64,000 bases of DNA, from positions 95,305-159,304 of the forward strand of contig JBKBRF010000001.1 in assembly GCA_046292385.1 (NCBI GenBank), read 5' to 3'. Every line of letters begins with the position of its first letter. The stretch's first letter is position 1. A model generated the notes under the pieces. The model was given only the letters and a program-made list of their open reading frames with translations, ran no database searches and had not been told where the DNA came from. The stretch is from Armatimonadota bacterium. GTDB lineage: Bacteria; Armatimonadota; SYMT01. Shown piece by piece: positions 47,703 to 57,985 of the stretch. The translations under genes were made by a program, and so were the position numbers.

Positions 47703-48698
47703 ATGTTTAACGGCAAGAACATCCTCGTCACGGGCGCCACGGGCTCGTTCGGTAAGAAGTTCGTGGAGATGATGCTCCGCGATTACCAGCCGAACAAGCT
47801 GATCGTGTTCAGCCGCGACGAGTTGAAGCAGCACGAGATGCGGCACTCGTTCCCGGACATCGGGACCTCGCCGATGCGGTACTTCATCGGCGACGTGCGC
47901 GACGTGGAGCGGCTCCGACGTGCAATGCGAGGGGTCCATATCGTGGTGCACGCCGCCGCGCTGAAGCAGGTGCCCGCCTGCGAGTACAACCCGATGGAGG
48001 CGATCGCGACCAACGTGATCGGCGGCAAGAACGTGATCGACGCGGCGCTGGACTGCGGCGTGGAGCGGGTGCTGGCGCTCAGTACGGACAAGGCCGCCAA
48101 CCCGGTCAACCTCTACGGCGCCACCAAGCTCTGCGCGGAAAAGCTGTTCGTCCAGAGCAACGCCTATTCCGGCACGGATGGGACGCGGTTTAGCTGCGTG
48201 CGCTACGGCAACGTGGTCGGCAGCCGCGGCAGCGTGATCCCGCTCTTTCTGGAGCAGCGGAAGACCGGGCAGATCACCGTGACCGACTCCCGCATGACCC
48301 GCTTCTGGATCACGCTGGAGCAGGGCGTGCGCTTCGTGATGAACTGCATCGAGCAGATGCAGGGGGGCGAGGTCTTCATTCCGAAGATCCCGAGCATGAA
48401 CATCATGAGCCTGGTCCAGGCGATCGCGCCGGAGTGCCGGGTGAACGAGATCGGGATCCGGCCGGGAGAAAAGCTCCACGAGGCGCTGGTCTCCGAGGAC
48501 GAGGCGCGAGACACGGTGGAGTTGGAGAGCATGTTCGTGATCCAGCCGGCCCATCCGTGGTGGGTCGCCCGCGGGGAGCGCTGGGCGCAGTATCCTCGCC
48601 TGCCGGAAGGCTTCAGCTACACCAGCAGCAATAACAGCAAGTGGCTCTCGGTTCAGCAGCTCCAGGAGCTCGCCGGGCTCGCGGAAGTAGAGGCTTAG
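47703..48698 (+). CDS. pseB: UDP-GlcNAc 4,6-dehydratase (inverting)
   Basis: TGATGSFG, SRDELKQ, HAAALKQVPACEYNP, STDKA.NP.NLYGATK, RYGNVVGSRGSV, GIRPGEKLHE. Confidence 0.94.
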   Translation: MFNGKNILVTGATGSFGKKFVEMMLRDYQPNKLIVFSRDELKQHEMRHSFPDIGTSPMRYFIGDVRDVERLRRAMRGVHIVVHAAALKQVPACEYNPMEAIATNVIGGKNVIDAALDCGVERVLALSTDKAANPVNLYGATKLCAEKLFVQSNAYSGTDGTRFSCVRYGNVVGSRGSVIPLFLEQRKTGQITVTDSRMTRFWITLEQGVRFVMNCIEQMQGGEVFIPKIPSMNIMSLVQAIAPECRVNEIGIRPGEKLHEALVSEDEARDTVELESMFVIQPAHPWWVARGERWAQYPRLPEGFSYTSSNNSKWLSVQQLQELAGLAEVEA

Positions 48699-48707
48699 GT
48701 TAACCGG

Positions 48708-49910
48708 ATGCGCTCGCCCGCTTCGCTCGCGCTGCACGGGGGCACCCCGGTCCGCTCCTCGCTGCTCCCGTATGGCCGGCAGAAGATCGATGAGGACGAT
48801 CTTCGCGCCGTGCAGGAAGTGCTGCAGTCCGACTGGCTGACCACCGGCCCCACCGTCGACGCGTTCGAGGCGGCCGTGGCGGAGCTCGTGGGGGCCGCGC
48901 ACGGCGTGGCGGTGACGAACGGAACCGCCGCGCTGCACTGCGCCATGCACGCGCTGGGCATCGGCCCCGGGGACGAAGTGATCGTCCCGACGATGACCTT
49001 CGCGGCCTCGGCGAACTGCGCGGTGTTCCAGGGGGCGACCCCGGTGTTTGCCGACGTCGACCCGGAGACCCTGCTGCTCGATCCGGAGCAAGTCCGCCGC
49101 CTCCTCACGCCGCGGACCCGCGCGGTGGTGGCGGTCGACTACGCCGGCCAGCCGTGCGACTACGACGCGCTCCGGGCCGTGACCGAGCCGGCCGGGATTC
49201 CGATCGTGGCGGATGGGTGTCATGCCCTCGGCGGCAGCTACCAGGGCGTGCCGGTCGGATCCGCGGCGGACCTGACGGTCTTCAGCTTTCACCCGGTGAA
49301 GCACCTCACCACGGGCGAGGGCGGGATGATCACCACCGCGAATGCGGAGTGGGCGCGCCGGATGCGGGTGTTCCGGAACCACGGCATCACGACCGACCAC
49401 CGGCAGCGCAGTGAGAAGGGCTCCTGGTTCTATGAGATGGTCGACCTGGGCTACAACTACCGGCTGACCGACATCCAGTGCGCGCTGGGGCTAAGCCAGC
49501 TCCGGAAGCAGCGGGACTGGGTGCGCCGCCGCCAGGAGATCGCCGCCCACTACGATCGCGAGCTGGCGGAGATCCCGGCGGTGAGCCCGCTCACCCGGCG
49601 CCCGGGCGTCTCTCACGCTTACCACCTCTACGTGGTGCTGCTGGAGAGCGAGCGGCTGGCGGTGCCGCGAGGCGAGGTGTTCGCCGCCCTCCGCGCGGAA
49701 GGGATCGGGGTGAACGTCCACTACGTGCCGGTGCACCTGCACCCGTTCTACCGGGACCGGTTCGGCACCCGTCCCGGCCTCTGCCCGGTGGCGGAAGCGG
49801 CCTACGAGCGGATGCTGAGCCTGCCGATGTTCCCCACGATGTCCGACCGCGACGTCGAAGACGTGCTGGCGGCGGTCCGGAAGGTCAGCGACGCATACAC
49901 GTCTTTCTGA
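48708..49910 (+). CDS. pseC: UDP-4-amino-4,6-dideoxy-N-acetyl-beta-L-altrosamine transaminase
   Basis: PYGRQ, WLTTGP, SFHPVKHLTTGEGG, LGYNYRLTDIQCALG, VHYVP. Confidence 0.92.
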   Translation: MRSPASLALHGGTPVRSSLLPYGRQKIDEDDLRAVQEVLQSDWLTTGPTVDAFEAAVAELVGAAHGVAVTNGTAALHCAMHALGIGPGDEVIVPTMTFAASANCAVFQGATPVFADVDPETLLLDPEQVRRLLTPRTRAVVAVDYAGQPCDYDALRAVTEPAGIPIVADGCHALGGSYQGVPVGSAADLTVFSFHPVKHLTTGEGGMITTANAEWARRMRVFRNHGITTDHRQRSEKGSWFYEMVDLGYNYRLTDIQCALGLSQLRKQRDWVRRRQEIAAHYDRELAEIPAVSPLTRRPGVSHAYHLYVVLLESERLAVPRGEVFAALRAEGIGVNVHYVPVHLHPFYRDRFGTRPGLCPVAEAAYERMLSLPMFPTMSDRDVEDVLAAVRKVSDAYTSF

Positions 49911-49925
49911 AGTAGGATTCGGCGG

Positions 49926-50678
49926 ATGAGAACCGTTGCAATTGTTCAGGCAAGAATGACATCAACGCGGCTTCCGGGCAAGGTGTTGCTCGACCTTGCT
50001 GGAAGCCCCGTATTGTCCTGGCAGATCCGAAGACTTAGCCTTTCGACTCAGATCGACGACATCGTAATAGCTACCACTACCAACGCTTGTGATGATCCTA
50101 TCGTGGAAGTAGCTAGGCAGGCTGGAGTTAACTACTTCAGAGGCGACGAACACAATGTGGTAGATCGGTTTGTCGGGGCGGCTGAAAAATACGAAGCGGA
50201 TGTCATCGTTCGACTGACGGCGGACTGCCCGCTTAGTGATCCGCGTCTCGTCGATCAGGTTGTTTCGGCGCTCATCAAGAGACAGCATCAAGTAGATTAT
50301 TGCGCTAATATAATAAATCGGACGTATCCTCGCGGATTTGACGTGGAAGCCTTGTTCGTTGATGTATTGCTTCGCATCCAACGATTGGCCATCACTAAAC
50401 AGGATCGGGAGCACGTAACGTTACCACCTCGAGACAATCGATCTCACCTGTTCGTTCGTCATTCAATCGAAGGTGATAGCGACAACTCTGACTTGAGAGT
50501 AACGCTTGATTGTGCTGAGGACTTACAGCTACTTCGGGCCTTGGCAGAATCCTATAAGTCTAGCTTTGTTGGACTGTCGTGCAATGAAGTCGTTTCAGTT
50601 CTTCGTGAGCACCCGGAGTGGGCTTTCGTGAACTCAGGCCACACGACTTGGGAGCCCTCTGAACGCCAAACTACATAG
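49926..50678 (+). CDS. pseF: Cytidylyltransferase (SpsF/PseF-type)
   Basis: QARMTSTRLPGKVL, RLTADCP, REHVT, RVTLD..ED; position within the pse cluster; much lower GC than neighbours. Confidence 0.8.
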   Translation: MRTVAIVQARMTSTRLPGKVLLDLAGSPVLSWQIRRLSLSTQIDDIVIATTTNACDDPIVEVARQAGVNYFRGDEHNVVDRFVGAAEKYEADVIVRLTADCPLSDPRLVDQVVSALIKRQHQVDYCANIINRTYPRGFDVEALFVDVLLRIQRLAITKQDREHVTLPPRDNRSHLFVRHSIEGDSDNSDLRVTLDCAEDLQLLRALAESYKSSFVGLSCNEVVSVLREHPEWAFVNSGHTTWEPSERQTT

Positions 50679-50690
50679 TCCACAGCCCTC

Positions 50691-51749
50691 ATGATGCACT
50701 CATTAGTCCGCGCCGACGCGTCGTTCGACATCGGGACCGGACACGTGATGCGCTGCCTGGCGCTGGCGCAGCAGGCGCTGGATCTTGGATCTCCCGTCAC
50801 GTGGGCGGCGGCAGAGCTTCCCGCGCCGCTGCGGGAGCGAATCGAAGCGGAAGGCATCGCGGTGGAGCGCGTGGCGGCCCGGCCCGGCTCACCCGACGAT
50901 GCCGCCGCGACGCTTGAGCTGATCCGCCGGTCGGAGCCGCGCTGGCTCGTGCTGGACGGGTATCAGTTTGGTCGGGAATACTGCCGGACACTCAGGCGGG
51001 GCGGCGCGTCGGTGCTGGCGCTGGACGACGGAGACCATGCGGAGCGCCTGTCCGCCGGCGAGCCGATTGAAGCCGATCTGGTGCTGAACCAGAACGTAGG
51101 CGCGGCGCCGGAGCTTTACACCGGAAGGGTGGAGCCGGAACGGGTGCTGGTGGGCCCCCGGTACGCGCTGCTTCGGCGCGAGTTCCGGCAGCATCCCAGC
51201 GGCGCCGGTGCGGTGGCGCGGGTCGCAACCCGGGTGCTGGTGACGATGGGCGGCAGCGATCCGCGAGGACTCACCGCGGCGGTAATTCGGGCGCTGAAGC
51301 TGCTCGGTGGATCCCTGGAAGCGCGGGTGCTGGCCGGCGCTGCCAATCCGCACTTCGAGGCGCTGCAGGAGCTGGCGCGGGGCGACGAGCGGATCCGGCT
51401 CATGCGCTCTGCCGCGGACATGCCCGCGGAGATGGCGTGGGCCGAGGTGGCCGTGGCGGCGGCGGGGAGCACCTGCTGGGAGCTGGCCTACATGGGGCTG
51501 CCGTCCGTGGTCATCCCGGCGGCCGACAACCAGCGGAGCATTGTGCGCGGGCTGGCGGCACTCGGCGCGGCGGTTTGCCTGGAGCCGGAGGGCATGCTCG
51601 AGCCGGGAATGATCCGGGACGCGCTCCAGCAGCTATTGGAGGACGCGGAGCAGCGCCGGCTCCTCCGTGACCGGATGCGGAGCCTGGTAGACGGGCAGGG
51701 CGCGGTCCGGGTGCTCACGCGGATGGCGGCGCTCGGCGCGGGAGCATGA
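50691..51749 (+). CDS. pseG: UDP-2,4-diacetamido-2,4,6-trideoxy-beta-L-altropyranose hydrolase
   Basis: RADAS..IGTGHVMRCLALA, LDGY, GPRYALLR.EF, MGGSD, AAGST.WE, ADNQ. Confidence 0.92.
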   Translation: MMHSLVRADASFDIGTGHVMRCLALAQQALDLGSPVTWAAAELPAPLRERIEAEGIAVERVAARPGSPDDAAATLELIRRSEPRWLVLDGYQFGREYCRTLRRGGASVLALDDGDHAERLSAGEPIEADLVLNQNVGAAPELYTGRVEPERVLVGPRYALLRREFRQHPSGAGAVARVATRVLVTMGGSDPRGLTAAVIRALKLLGGSLEARVLAGAANPHFEALQELARGDERIRLMRSAADMPAEMAWAEVAVAAAGSTCWELAYMGLPSVVIPAADNQRSIVRGLAALGAAVCLEPEGMLEPGMIRDALQQLLEDAEQRRLLRDRMRSLVDGQGAVRVLTRMAALGAGA

Positions 51750-52285
51750 GGCGGGCTATGCCGCGGCGAGTGCGGAAGGAGAACCCCGGAATGGCGGCGG
51801 ATGGAGCCGAGCTGCACCTGCGGGGCGCCACTGCAGACGATGCCGAGCTGCTGTGGCAGTGGACGAACGACCCGGCCGTGCGGGCGAGCTCCTTCTCTTC
51901 CGCGCCGATCCCGTGGGAAGAGCATGTCCGCTGGCTGGACGGAGTGCTGGCCAACCCGGACCGAGTGCTCTGGATCGCCGAGGGTGATCTCCGGGAGCCG
52001 GTGGGGCAGGTGCGGTTCGATCGGGTGGGAGACCACGTGGTCATCTCGGTCAGCCTGGCCTCTACCTGCCGGGGCCGGGGATACGGCCCGGCCCTGATCG
52101 GGGCCGCGTGCAGCAAGTACCGGCTGTCGGTAGCTCCCGTCGAGGTGGTGGCCTATATCAAGGATGAGAATGCCGCCTCGGTCCGCGCTTTCGAGCGCGC
52201 CGGGTTCGTCCGAAGTGGCCGGAGGAGCTCTCCCTACCCGCGATCGCTGGTGCTCGTTCTGCCCGCCGAGAAGACTCATGACTGA
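51746..52285 (+). CDS. pseH: GNAT N-acetyltransferase (PseH-type)
   Basis: W.NDP.VR..SF, I.WEEH..W, GQVRFD, RGRGYG, N.AS...FE.AGF; start may be ATG 51791. Confidence 0.8.
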   Translation: MRRAMPRRVRKENPGMAADGAELHLRGATADDAELLWQWTNDPAVRASSFSSAPIPWEEHVRWLDGVLANPDRVLWIAEGDLREPVGQVRFDRVGDHVVISVSLASTCRGRGYGPALIGAACSKYRLSVAPVEVVAYIKDENAASVRAFERAGFVRSGRRSSPYPRSLVLVLPAEKTHD

Positions 52286-53336
52286 TCGTTCGACTGCTAT
52301 CGAGATCGCCGGCCGGAGGATCGGCCCCGGCGAGCCGATCTACATCATCGCGGAGCTCTCCGCGAACCACGGCCAGAGCTTCGACCGCGCGGTGGAGTTG
52401 CTGCGCGCCGCCCACGCCGCCGGCGCGGACGCGGTGAAGCTGCAGACCTACACGGCCGACACGCTCACCATCGATTGCAGCGCCCCGCCGTTCCAGATCC
52501 ACGGCGGCCTGTGGGACGGCCGCAACCTGCACGAGCTGTACCAGGAGGCTTACACGCCCTGGGAGTGGCAGCCGAAGCTGAAGCGGATCGCGGACGATCT
52601 CGGCATCCACCTCTTCTCCACCCCGTTCGATCAGACTGCCGTCGACTTCCTGGAAGAGATGCAGGTGCCGGCGCATAAGGTCGCCTCCTTCGAGATCGTC
52701 GACCTCCCTCTGCTGCGGGCGATCGCGCGGACCGGCAAGCCGGTCATCATGTCGACCGGCATGAGCACGATGTCCGAGATCGACGAGGCGGTGACCACGC
52801 TCCGCGAGGCCGGCGCTGCCGAGATCGCGCTGCTCAAGTGCACCAGCGCCTATCCGGCGCCGCCGGAGGAGATGAACCTCCGCACCATCCCGCATCTCGC
52901 CAAGGCGTTCGGAGTGCCGGTGGGCCTCTCCGATCACACGCTCGACCTGGCGGTGCCGGTGGCGGCGGTGACGCTGGGCGCCTGCATCCTGGAAAAGCAC
53001 TTCACCCTGTCCCGCGCGGACGGGGGGCCGGACAGCGCGTTCTCGCTGGAGCCGGACGAGTTCCGCGCCACGGTGGCCGCGATCCGCGCGGCGGAGAAGG
53101 CGCTGGGGCAGGTGCAGTACGGGGTAGCCGAGCGGGAAGCGCGGAACCGGGTGTTCCGGCGCTCCCTCTTCGTGGTGCAGGACGTGGCGCAGGGGGAGGA
53201 GCTGACCGCCGAGAACGTGCGCTCCATCCGGCCGGGATACGGACTTCACACCCGGTATCTGGAACACGTCCTGGGTCGTCGCGCGAGCCAGGACATTCCT
53301 CGTGGGACCCCGCTGAGCTGGGACCTCGTTTCCTGA
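52278..53336 (+). CDS. pseI: Pseudaminic acid synthase
   Basis: AELSANH, KLQTYTADT.T, AYTPWEW, KVASFE, LLKCTSAYP, EKHFTL.R..GGPD..FS, RRSLFV. Confidence 0.94.
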   Translation: MTDRSTAIEIAGRRIGPGEPIYIIAELSANHGQSFDRAVELLRAAHAAGADAVKLQTYTADTLTIDCSAPPFQIHGGLWDGRNLHELYQEAYTPWEWQPKLKRIADDLGIHLFSTPFDQTAVDFLEEMQVPAHKVASFEIVDLPLLRAIARTGKPVIMSTGMSTMSEIDEAVTTLREAGAAEIALLKCTSAYPAPPEEMNLRTIPHLAKAFGVPVGLSDHTLDLAVPVAAVTLGACILEKHFTLSRADGGPDSAFSLEPDEFRATVAAIRAAEKALGQVQYGVAEREARNRVFRRSLFVVQDVAQGEELTAENVRSIRPGYGLHTRYLEHVLGRRASQDIPRGTPLSWDLVS

Positions 53337-53523
53337 CCGGCACGGCGCGTCGCGGAAAGAAAGCTCCTGACGGAGCAGCGGAGCGATTCTACATTGGCAG
53401 AACGCTGGCGTGCATCGTCACCGCAATCCTTTCCACAGTTCACCACACATCGTAAAATCACTGCGGATCTCCCAAAGACCGAAGTTTTGCAGCGAGCCAG
53501 GTAGTCGCTCGTGCGCACCCCGG

Positions 53524-53553
53524 TAGACGCTGACCACGGGCGTTGGATATAAT
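53524..53553 (+). promoter_or_regulatory. Possible internal sigma70 promoter
   Basis: TAGACG-N18-TATAAT inside a 415-bp intergenic gap; a perfect TATAAT is rare in such GC-rich DNA. Confidence 0.4.
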
Positions 53554-53751
53554 CTACGTTGGCGTGTATGCTATTGCAGCCTCCTCTCGTCCTCTTCCAG
53601 GCGCGCGAGCGGATACCGTCGCTCTTAGCTACCCCCTCATTCTCTGGAGAGCCCGTATTTTGAGTTCATTCGCAGAAGCCAATTCCGATTGGATTACTGT
53701 GTCGTTGGTGAACTCCCCGTACTGGCCAGACGATTCACTGACGGTGTACTA

Positions 53752-55194
53752 ATGCCGAATACGCTTCAGGTTTCTGCGCCGGAGAGCGCTCGGCGAGGGA
53801 TAAGTCCCCGTCGCGTTATGATGCTGGTGCCGTATCAAGCCCGGGACCTGGGTGGGATTGCGCTCATCGCGCACTATCTGCGGGAGCGGTACGGTCACGA
53901 AATTATCTTGACCAATAGCTACGGTATCGAGCGGAAGCTGATGGAGCTCGCGCCCGATGCGTTGGTGATTGATCACCTTGCATGGGATTTCAAAGCCAGG
54001 CAGGCGCGGATGGTGAAATCGATCGGCGCAAAGCTGATCAACCTCCCCACGGAGGGTATGTTCCAGTCTCCGGACCCGCCCTTGGAGCTCGCGGGGGCCA
54101 AGCACGGAGTCACTGCTCTGGTGGACAAGTTCCTCGTGTGGGGGCCGTACGTAGAGCGCGCTCTTCAATCTGGTGGGGTCGCGCCAGACAGGCTGCACGT
54201 TACCGGTTGCCCGAGGTTTGATTTCTACGCCGATAAGTTCCGGGCGCTGTCCTCTACGCGCGAAGACTTCCTCGGAGCGCTGGGAATCAAAAATGCGGCG
54301 GCTCCCGCGATCCTCTGGTGCACGAATACTACCTACTTCGCGCGAGACCATCGCCGCATCATCGATCGCTATGTAAAGCGCGCGGGCTGGACCACCGAGC
54401 GTGTTCAGATGATGCTGAGTGACGAGACCGAGCAGTTTAACCGGCATTCCGCACTGGTCAAGGGGCTCGCCCGCCGTCATCCGGACTGGAACTTCATCAT
54501 CAAGGTGCACCCGGCCGAGGGGATCCATCCTTACCTGCCCCTGGTAGAAGGGGCGTCAAATCTATTCCTCGCGTACAACTCACCGATCCGTGAGTTCTTG
54601 ATCCACTCCGACGTGCTCCTGCAGCGCAACTGCACTACGGCTACGGAGGCGTGGATGTTGGGACGGCCGGTGCTGGATCTCGCCATGGGCACCTACCATC
54701 GGCAGGCCCGGAATCAGTTCCAGGTAGGTTGTCAGAGTGTCTTTTCCGTTGACGAGGCCGACGAAGCGCTCCAGGCCTATCTGGCGGGAGCCGAGATGGA
54801 GCCTGAGAAGCGGAAAGCGCAGTCGGACTTTATCGCTGACTTCTACTTCCGCATCGATGGAGAGGCTAGCAGCCGCTGCGCTGACCTGATTCATGAGGCG
54901 CTCTCCGGAGACGCCTATACGGATGCGGATCAGCAGGCGACTCGCGAAGCCGCCCGAAAGATGCTGGAGGACTGGAAGCGCGCAGAGGATGCCCGGCCGA
55001 TCAACCGGGTGAAGGACCTGCTCCGGATTCCGCGCGGGAAGTCGCTCCGCTGGTGGAAGCCGCTCTTCCGGGAGCGGGGTTACGGTGCCGGTGGGTACGT
55101 CGCGGAGGCCGAAATCACTCCGGAGATGGTCGAGCCGCTGTACCGTGCTTACCGCGGGGTGCTGTCGACCCCCGCGAGTCCGCCTACCGCCTGA
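53752..55194 (+). CDS. Surface carbohydrate biosynthesis protein (GT-B-like, candidate nonulosonate transferase)
   Basis: RDL, TEG, WG, VTGCPRFD, TN, IKVHPAE, CTTATEA motifs typical of proteins in NulO loci. Confidence 0.72.
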   Translation: MPNTLQVSAPESARRGISPRRVMMLVPYQARDLGGIALIAHYLRERYGHEIILTNSYGIERKLMELAPDALVIDHLAWDFKARQARMVKSIGAKLINLPTEGMFQSPDPPLELAGAKHGVTALVDKFLVWGPYVERALQSGGVAPDRLHVTGCPRFDFYADKFRALSSTREDFLGALGIKNAAAPAILWCTNTTYFARDHRRIIDRYVKRAGWTTERVQMMLSDETEQFNRHSALVKGLARRHPDWNFIIKVHPAEGIHPYLPLVEGASNLFLAYNSPIREFLIHSDVLLQRNCTTATEAWMLGRPVLDLAMGTYHRQARNQFQVGCQSVFSVDEADEALQAYLAGAEMEPEKRKAQSDFIADFYFRIDGEASSRCADLIHEALSGDAYTDADQQATREAARKMLEDWKRAEDARPINRVKDLLRIPRGKSLRWWKPLFRERGYGAGGYVAEAEITPEMVEPLYRAYRGVLSTPASPPTA

Positions 55195-56747
55195 TGGGAA
55201 GCGTTCGACGTTCTGCGGAGTCCCGCGGTGTAGGGCACCCGGCCCCGTCGCCGTGCAATCAAGCCACCACGATGCCTGGAATGTTGTTTTCGCCTCGTCT
55301 AGATGAAGATCCGGCCGCGCCAGCGAAGGCAGCGACTCCAAGCGTGCGAATGCTGATTCTCTCCAGCACTGCCCTAACGGACCGGGTCTTCATGCACACG
55401 CAGTGTCTCCGCGTGCTTCGTTCGCGTGCCGAGGTGGAGATCTGGTCGCCTTCCGCCCGGGCGGAGCAATACCGTTCCGCCTGGGACGTCGTGGACGCGC
55501 GGGTTCGTCCGATGCCGCCGGTGGGTGCTCTCAAGGAGTTCCCGGTCAACTTCCTCCGCCGGGTGAACGAGGCTGCCTGGGACGCCCGGCAGCGTGCCCG
55601 ATGCCGGGAGAGTATGCGGCGTCATTCTTCCAACGTCGGACTGCTGCGCCGGGTGCAGCGCGCGGCAGGCCGGGTGGTGGCGTCCCTGGGGCAAGAGCAG
55701 CGGCTGGAGGATGCGATCGAACGGATGATGCTGGCCGCGAATCGCAGCCCCGCGGCGGGAGAGCTCCTGGCCACGAACCGCCCCGATCTCGTGTTAAGCA
55801 CCGGTCCCTTTCAATTCGTGGCCCCCGGCATCACGGCGCTCGCGCAGCGCTCCGGGATCCCGGTGCTGGCGATGGTCCCCTCCTGGGACAACCTCTCCAC
55901 CAAGAACCGGCTGGTCCTGAAGTATGACGGATACATCGTCTGGTCGGAGTGGCAGAAGGAAGAGCTACACCGCTACTATCCGGATAGCCGTCGAAAGCCG
56001 GTCTACGTGGTTGGCGCTCCGCAGTTCGACATCTTCTTCGATCCCCGGTTTCACGGGCCGCGAGAGAGCTTCCTACGGGAGCAGGGTCTCGATCCGGCCC
56101 GGAAGACGATCCTGTACGCCCTCGGTTCTCCGAATCTGCTGCCGGGCGAGATCTTCGGCGCTCTCGACCTCGCACGCCGGGTCGCGGACGGGCGACTCGG
56201 TCCCGTCCAGATGATCGTGCGTCCGCACCCTGTTTTCGACCGCGGAGAGTTCCAGGCGCGCTTCGAAGGGCTGCGGCACGTAGTGGTGCAACACCCCGCG
56301 GGAGAGTCTCGCGTCAGTGAGCGCTCGCAGGACGAAACGCAGGCCCGCGAATGGGTCAACACCTTCCGGCATGTCGACGTGGTAGTGAACCTCTCTTCCA
56401 CGGTGACGGTGGATGCCGCAGTTCTGGACCGGCCGGTGGTGAACCTCAACTACGATCCGGCCCCGGGTGCCCCCCAGCAGCAGTTCATCGAGGAGATCAA
56501 CGCCTCCTGGGAGCACTTTTCGCCAATAGCGCAGTCCGGAGGGCTCTGGCTAAGCCGGGACGCGGACGAAACCGCCCTCGCCGTGCGCACCTACCTGGAG
56601 CAGCCGGAGCTGCATCGGGAGCGCCGGCGATGGATCGCCGAGCGAGTGTGTCAGTACCTCGACGGACGCTGTGGAGAGCGGTTGGCGGACGCCCTCCTCG
56701 ACTTCCTCAGCTCCCCCACCGCCGCGGAAGCCTCCAGAGGTGGGTAG
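55194..56747 (+). CDS. GT-B/TagF-like glycosyltransferase, SWDN type (candidate nonulosonate transferase)
   Basis: SWDNLSTK, YIVWS, VGAPQFD, VRPHP, SSTVTVDA...DRPVVN; start uncertain (55194 by TGATG coupling, or 55272/55349). Confidence 0.75.
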   Translation: MGSVRRSAESRGVGHPAPSPCNQATTMPGMLFSPRLDEDPAAPAKAATPSVRMLILSSTALTDRVFMHTQCLRVLRSRAEVEIWSPSARAEQYRSAWDVVDARVRPMPPVGALKEFPVNFLRRVNEAAWDARQRARCRESMRRHSSNVGLLRRVQRAAGRVVASLGQEQRLEDAIERMMLAANRSPAAGELLATNRPDLVLSTGPFQFVAPGITALAQRSGIPVLAMVPSWDNLSTKNRLVLKYDGYIVWSEWQKEELHRYYPDSRRKPVYVVGAPQFDIFFDPRFHGPRESFLREQGLDPARKTILYALGSPNLLPGEIFGALDLARRVADGRLGPVQMIVRPHPVFDRGEFQARFEGLRHVVVQHPAGESRVSERSQDETQAREWVNTFRHVDVVVNLSSTVTVDAAVLDRPVVNLNYDPAPGAPQQQFIEEINASWEHFSPIAQSGGLWLSRDADETALAVRTYLEQPELHRERRRWIAERVCQYLDGRCGERLADALLDFLSSPTAAEASRGG

Positions 56748-56984
56748 GCGGGAGCCTGGATCACCTCGCGACTCGCACCGGGGCTCCAGCGGACGAAACG
56801 TAACTGCCGGTGAGATGATGCGCTCTGGACGGATGGTCCATCCGAAGCCCCGGACCGTGTCCGAAGGTGATCCTGAGTGTGTCTGGGGCTGTTTGCCTGC
56901 CGATCAGCGGTGATCCACTAGCGAATGAGCTCGAGCGAACGAAAGTATGGATGGGGTGGATAGGCGACCCTTCCCCCAGCGATT

Positions 56985-57971
56985 ATGCTTATTGCGGTGA
57001 ACTATCACTACGTGAGGCCCGATTATCATCCGGACTTTACCGGGATTCGAGGCGTCACACCGAGCGAGCTCGAGAGGCAGTTGTCCGTTCTAGGCGAAGC
57101 CGCGGAGTTCGTGAGTCCCACAGACTTACGTGAGGCGCTGTCTGGTCGCCCCTTGCCGGAACGATCCGTCATTATCACGTTCGATGACGGCCTCCAGGAG
57201 CAATGGGAGTATGCGCTGCCGATACTTAGACGCATGGGGCTCTCCGCGCTATTCTTCGTGAACACGCATCCGATCCAGAATCGCTCCATCTCGGCGGTGC
57301 ACAAGATACACCTCCTCCGGAGTTGGATGAGCACCCCATCTTTTCGACAGCTTCTGATCGAGACCGCCAACACCATGGGGATTGAGCTGGAAGGTGAGCT
57401 CGATCCTCAACTGGTTCAGCGTCAGTATCCCTACGACGATGGAGAAACTGGCGAACTGAAGTACATACTCAATTTTGTCATTCCGGGAGAAATGCGCCGT
57501 CGTCTGGTCGACGGGTGCTTCGAAAAGGTTGCACCGGAATCTCAGAGTGTCTTGAGTAGCCGGTTCTACATGAACCAGCAGCAATTGCGTGAGTTGGCGG
57601 CGACGGGACAGGTCGGTGTGCACGGTCATCAGCACCTCCCGCTGGGCCAGCTTGAGCCGCACGAATGCCGTCATCAGATTCGCGTCGCGCGCGACTTGCT
57701 AACGGAGTGGACGGGTTGGACGCCTTTTGCGCTGAGTTACCCGTACGGAAGCCAAAGCGCTTGCGGGCTCCGCGCCGCCGCGTGCGCTGACCAAGAAGGA
57801 ATGAAGATCGGGTTTACGATGGAGCGCGCGGCAAACCCGGATTTCCAGTACCCTTTGCACCTAGCGCGCTTCGATTGCAATGACTTACCGTCAGGACGGC
57901 ACTGTTCAGCAACCCGGGCCGACAGCGCCTGGTGGAGCAGCCTGCCCCAAGCCCAGTGGTTTCGATCGTAG
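56985..57971 (+). CDS. Polysaccharide deacetylase (NodB/CE4-like)
   Basis: NYHYVR, ITFDDG, GVHGHQH, SYPYG, RFDCND. Confidence 0.88.
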   Translation: MLIAVNYHYVRPDYHPDFTGIRGVTPSELERQLSVLGEAAEFVSPTDLREALSGRPLPERSVIITFDDGLQEQWEYALPILRRMGLSALFFVNTHPIQNRSISAVHKIHLLRSWMSTPSFRQLLIETANTMGIELEGELDPQLVQRQYPYDDGETGELKYILNFVIPGEMRRRLVDGCFEKVAPESQSVLSSRFYMNQQQLRELAATGQVGVHGHQHLPLGQLEPHECRHQIRVARDLLTEWTGWTPFALSYPYGSQSACGLRAAACADQEGMKIGFTMERAANPDFQYPLHLARFDCNDLPSGRHCSATRADSAWWSSLPQAQWFRS

Positions 57972-57985
57972 CCAGCGGCCAGACT

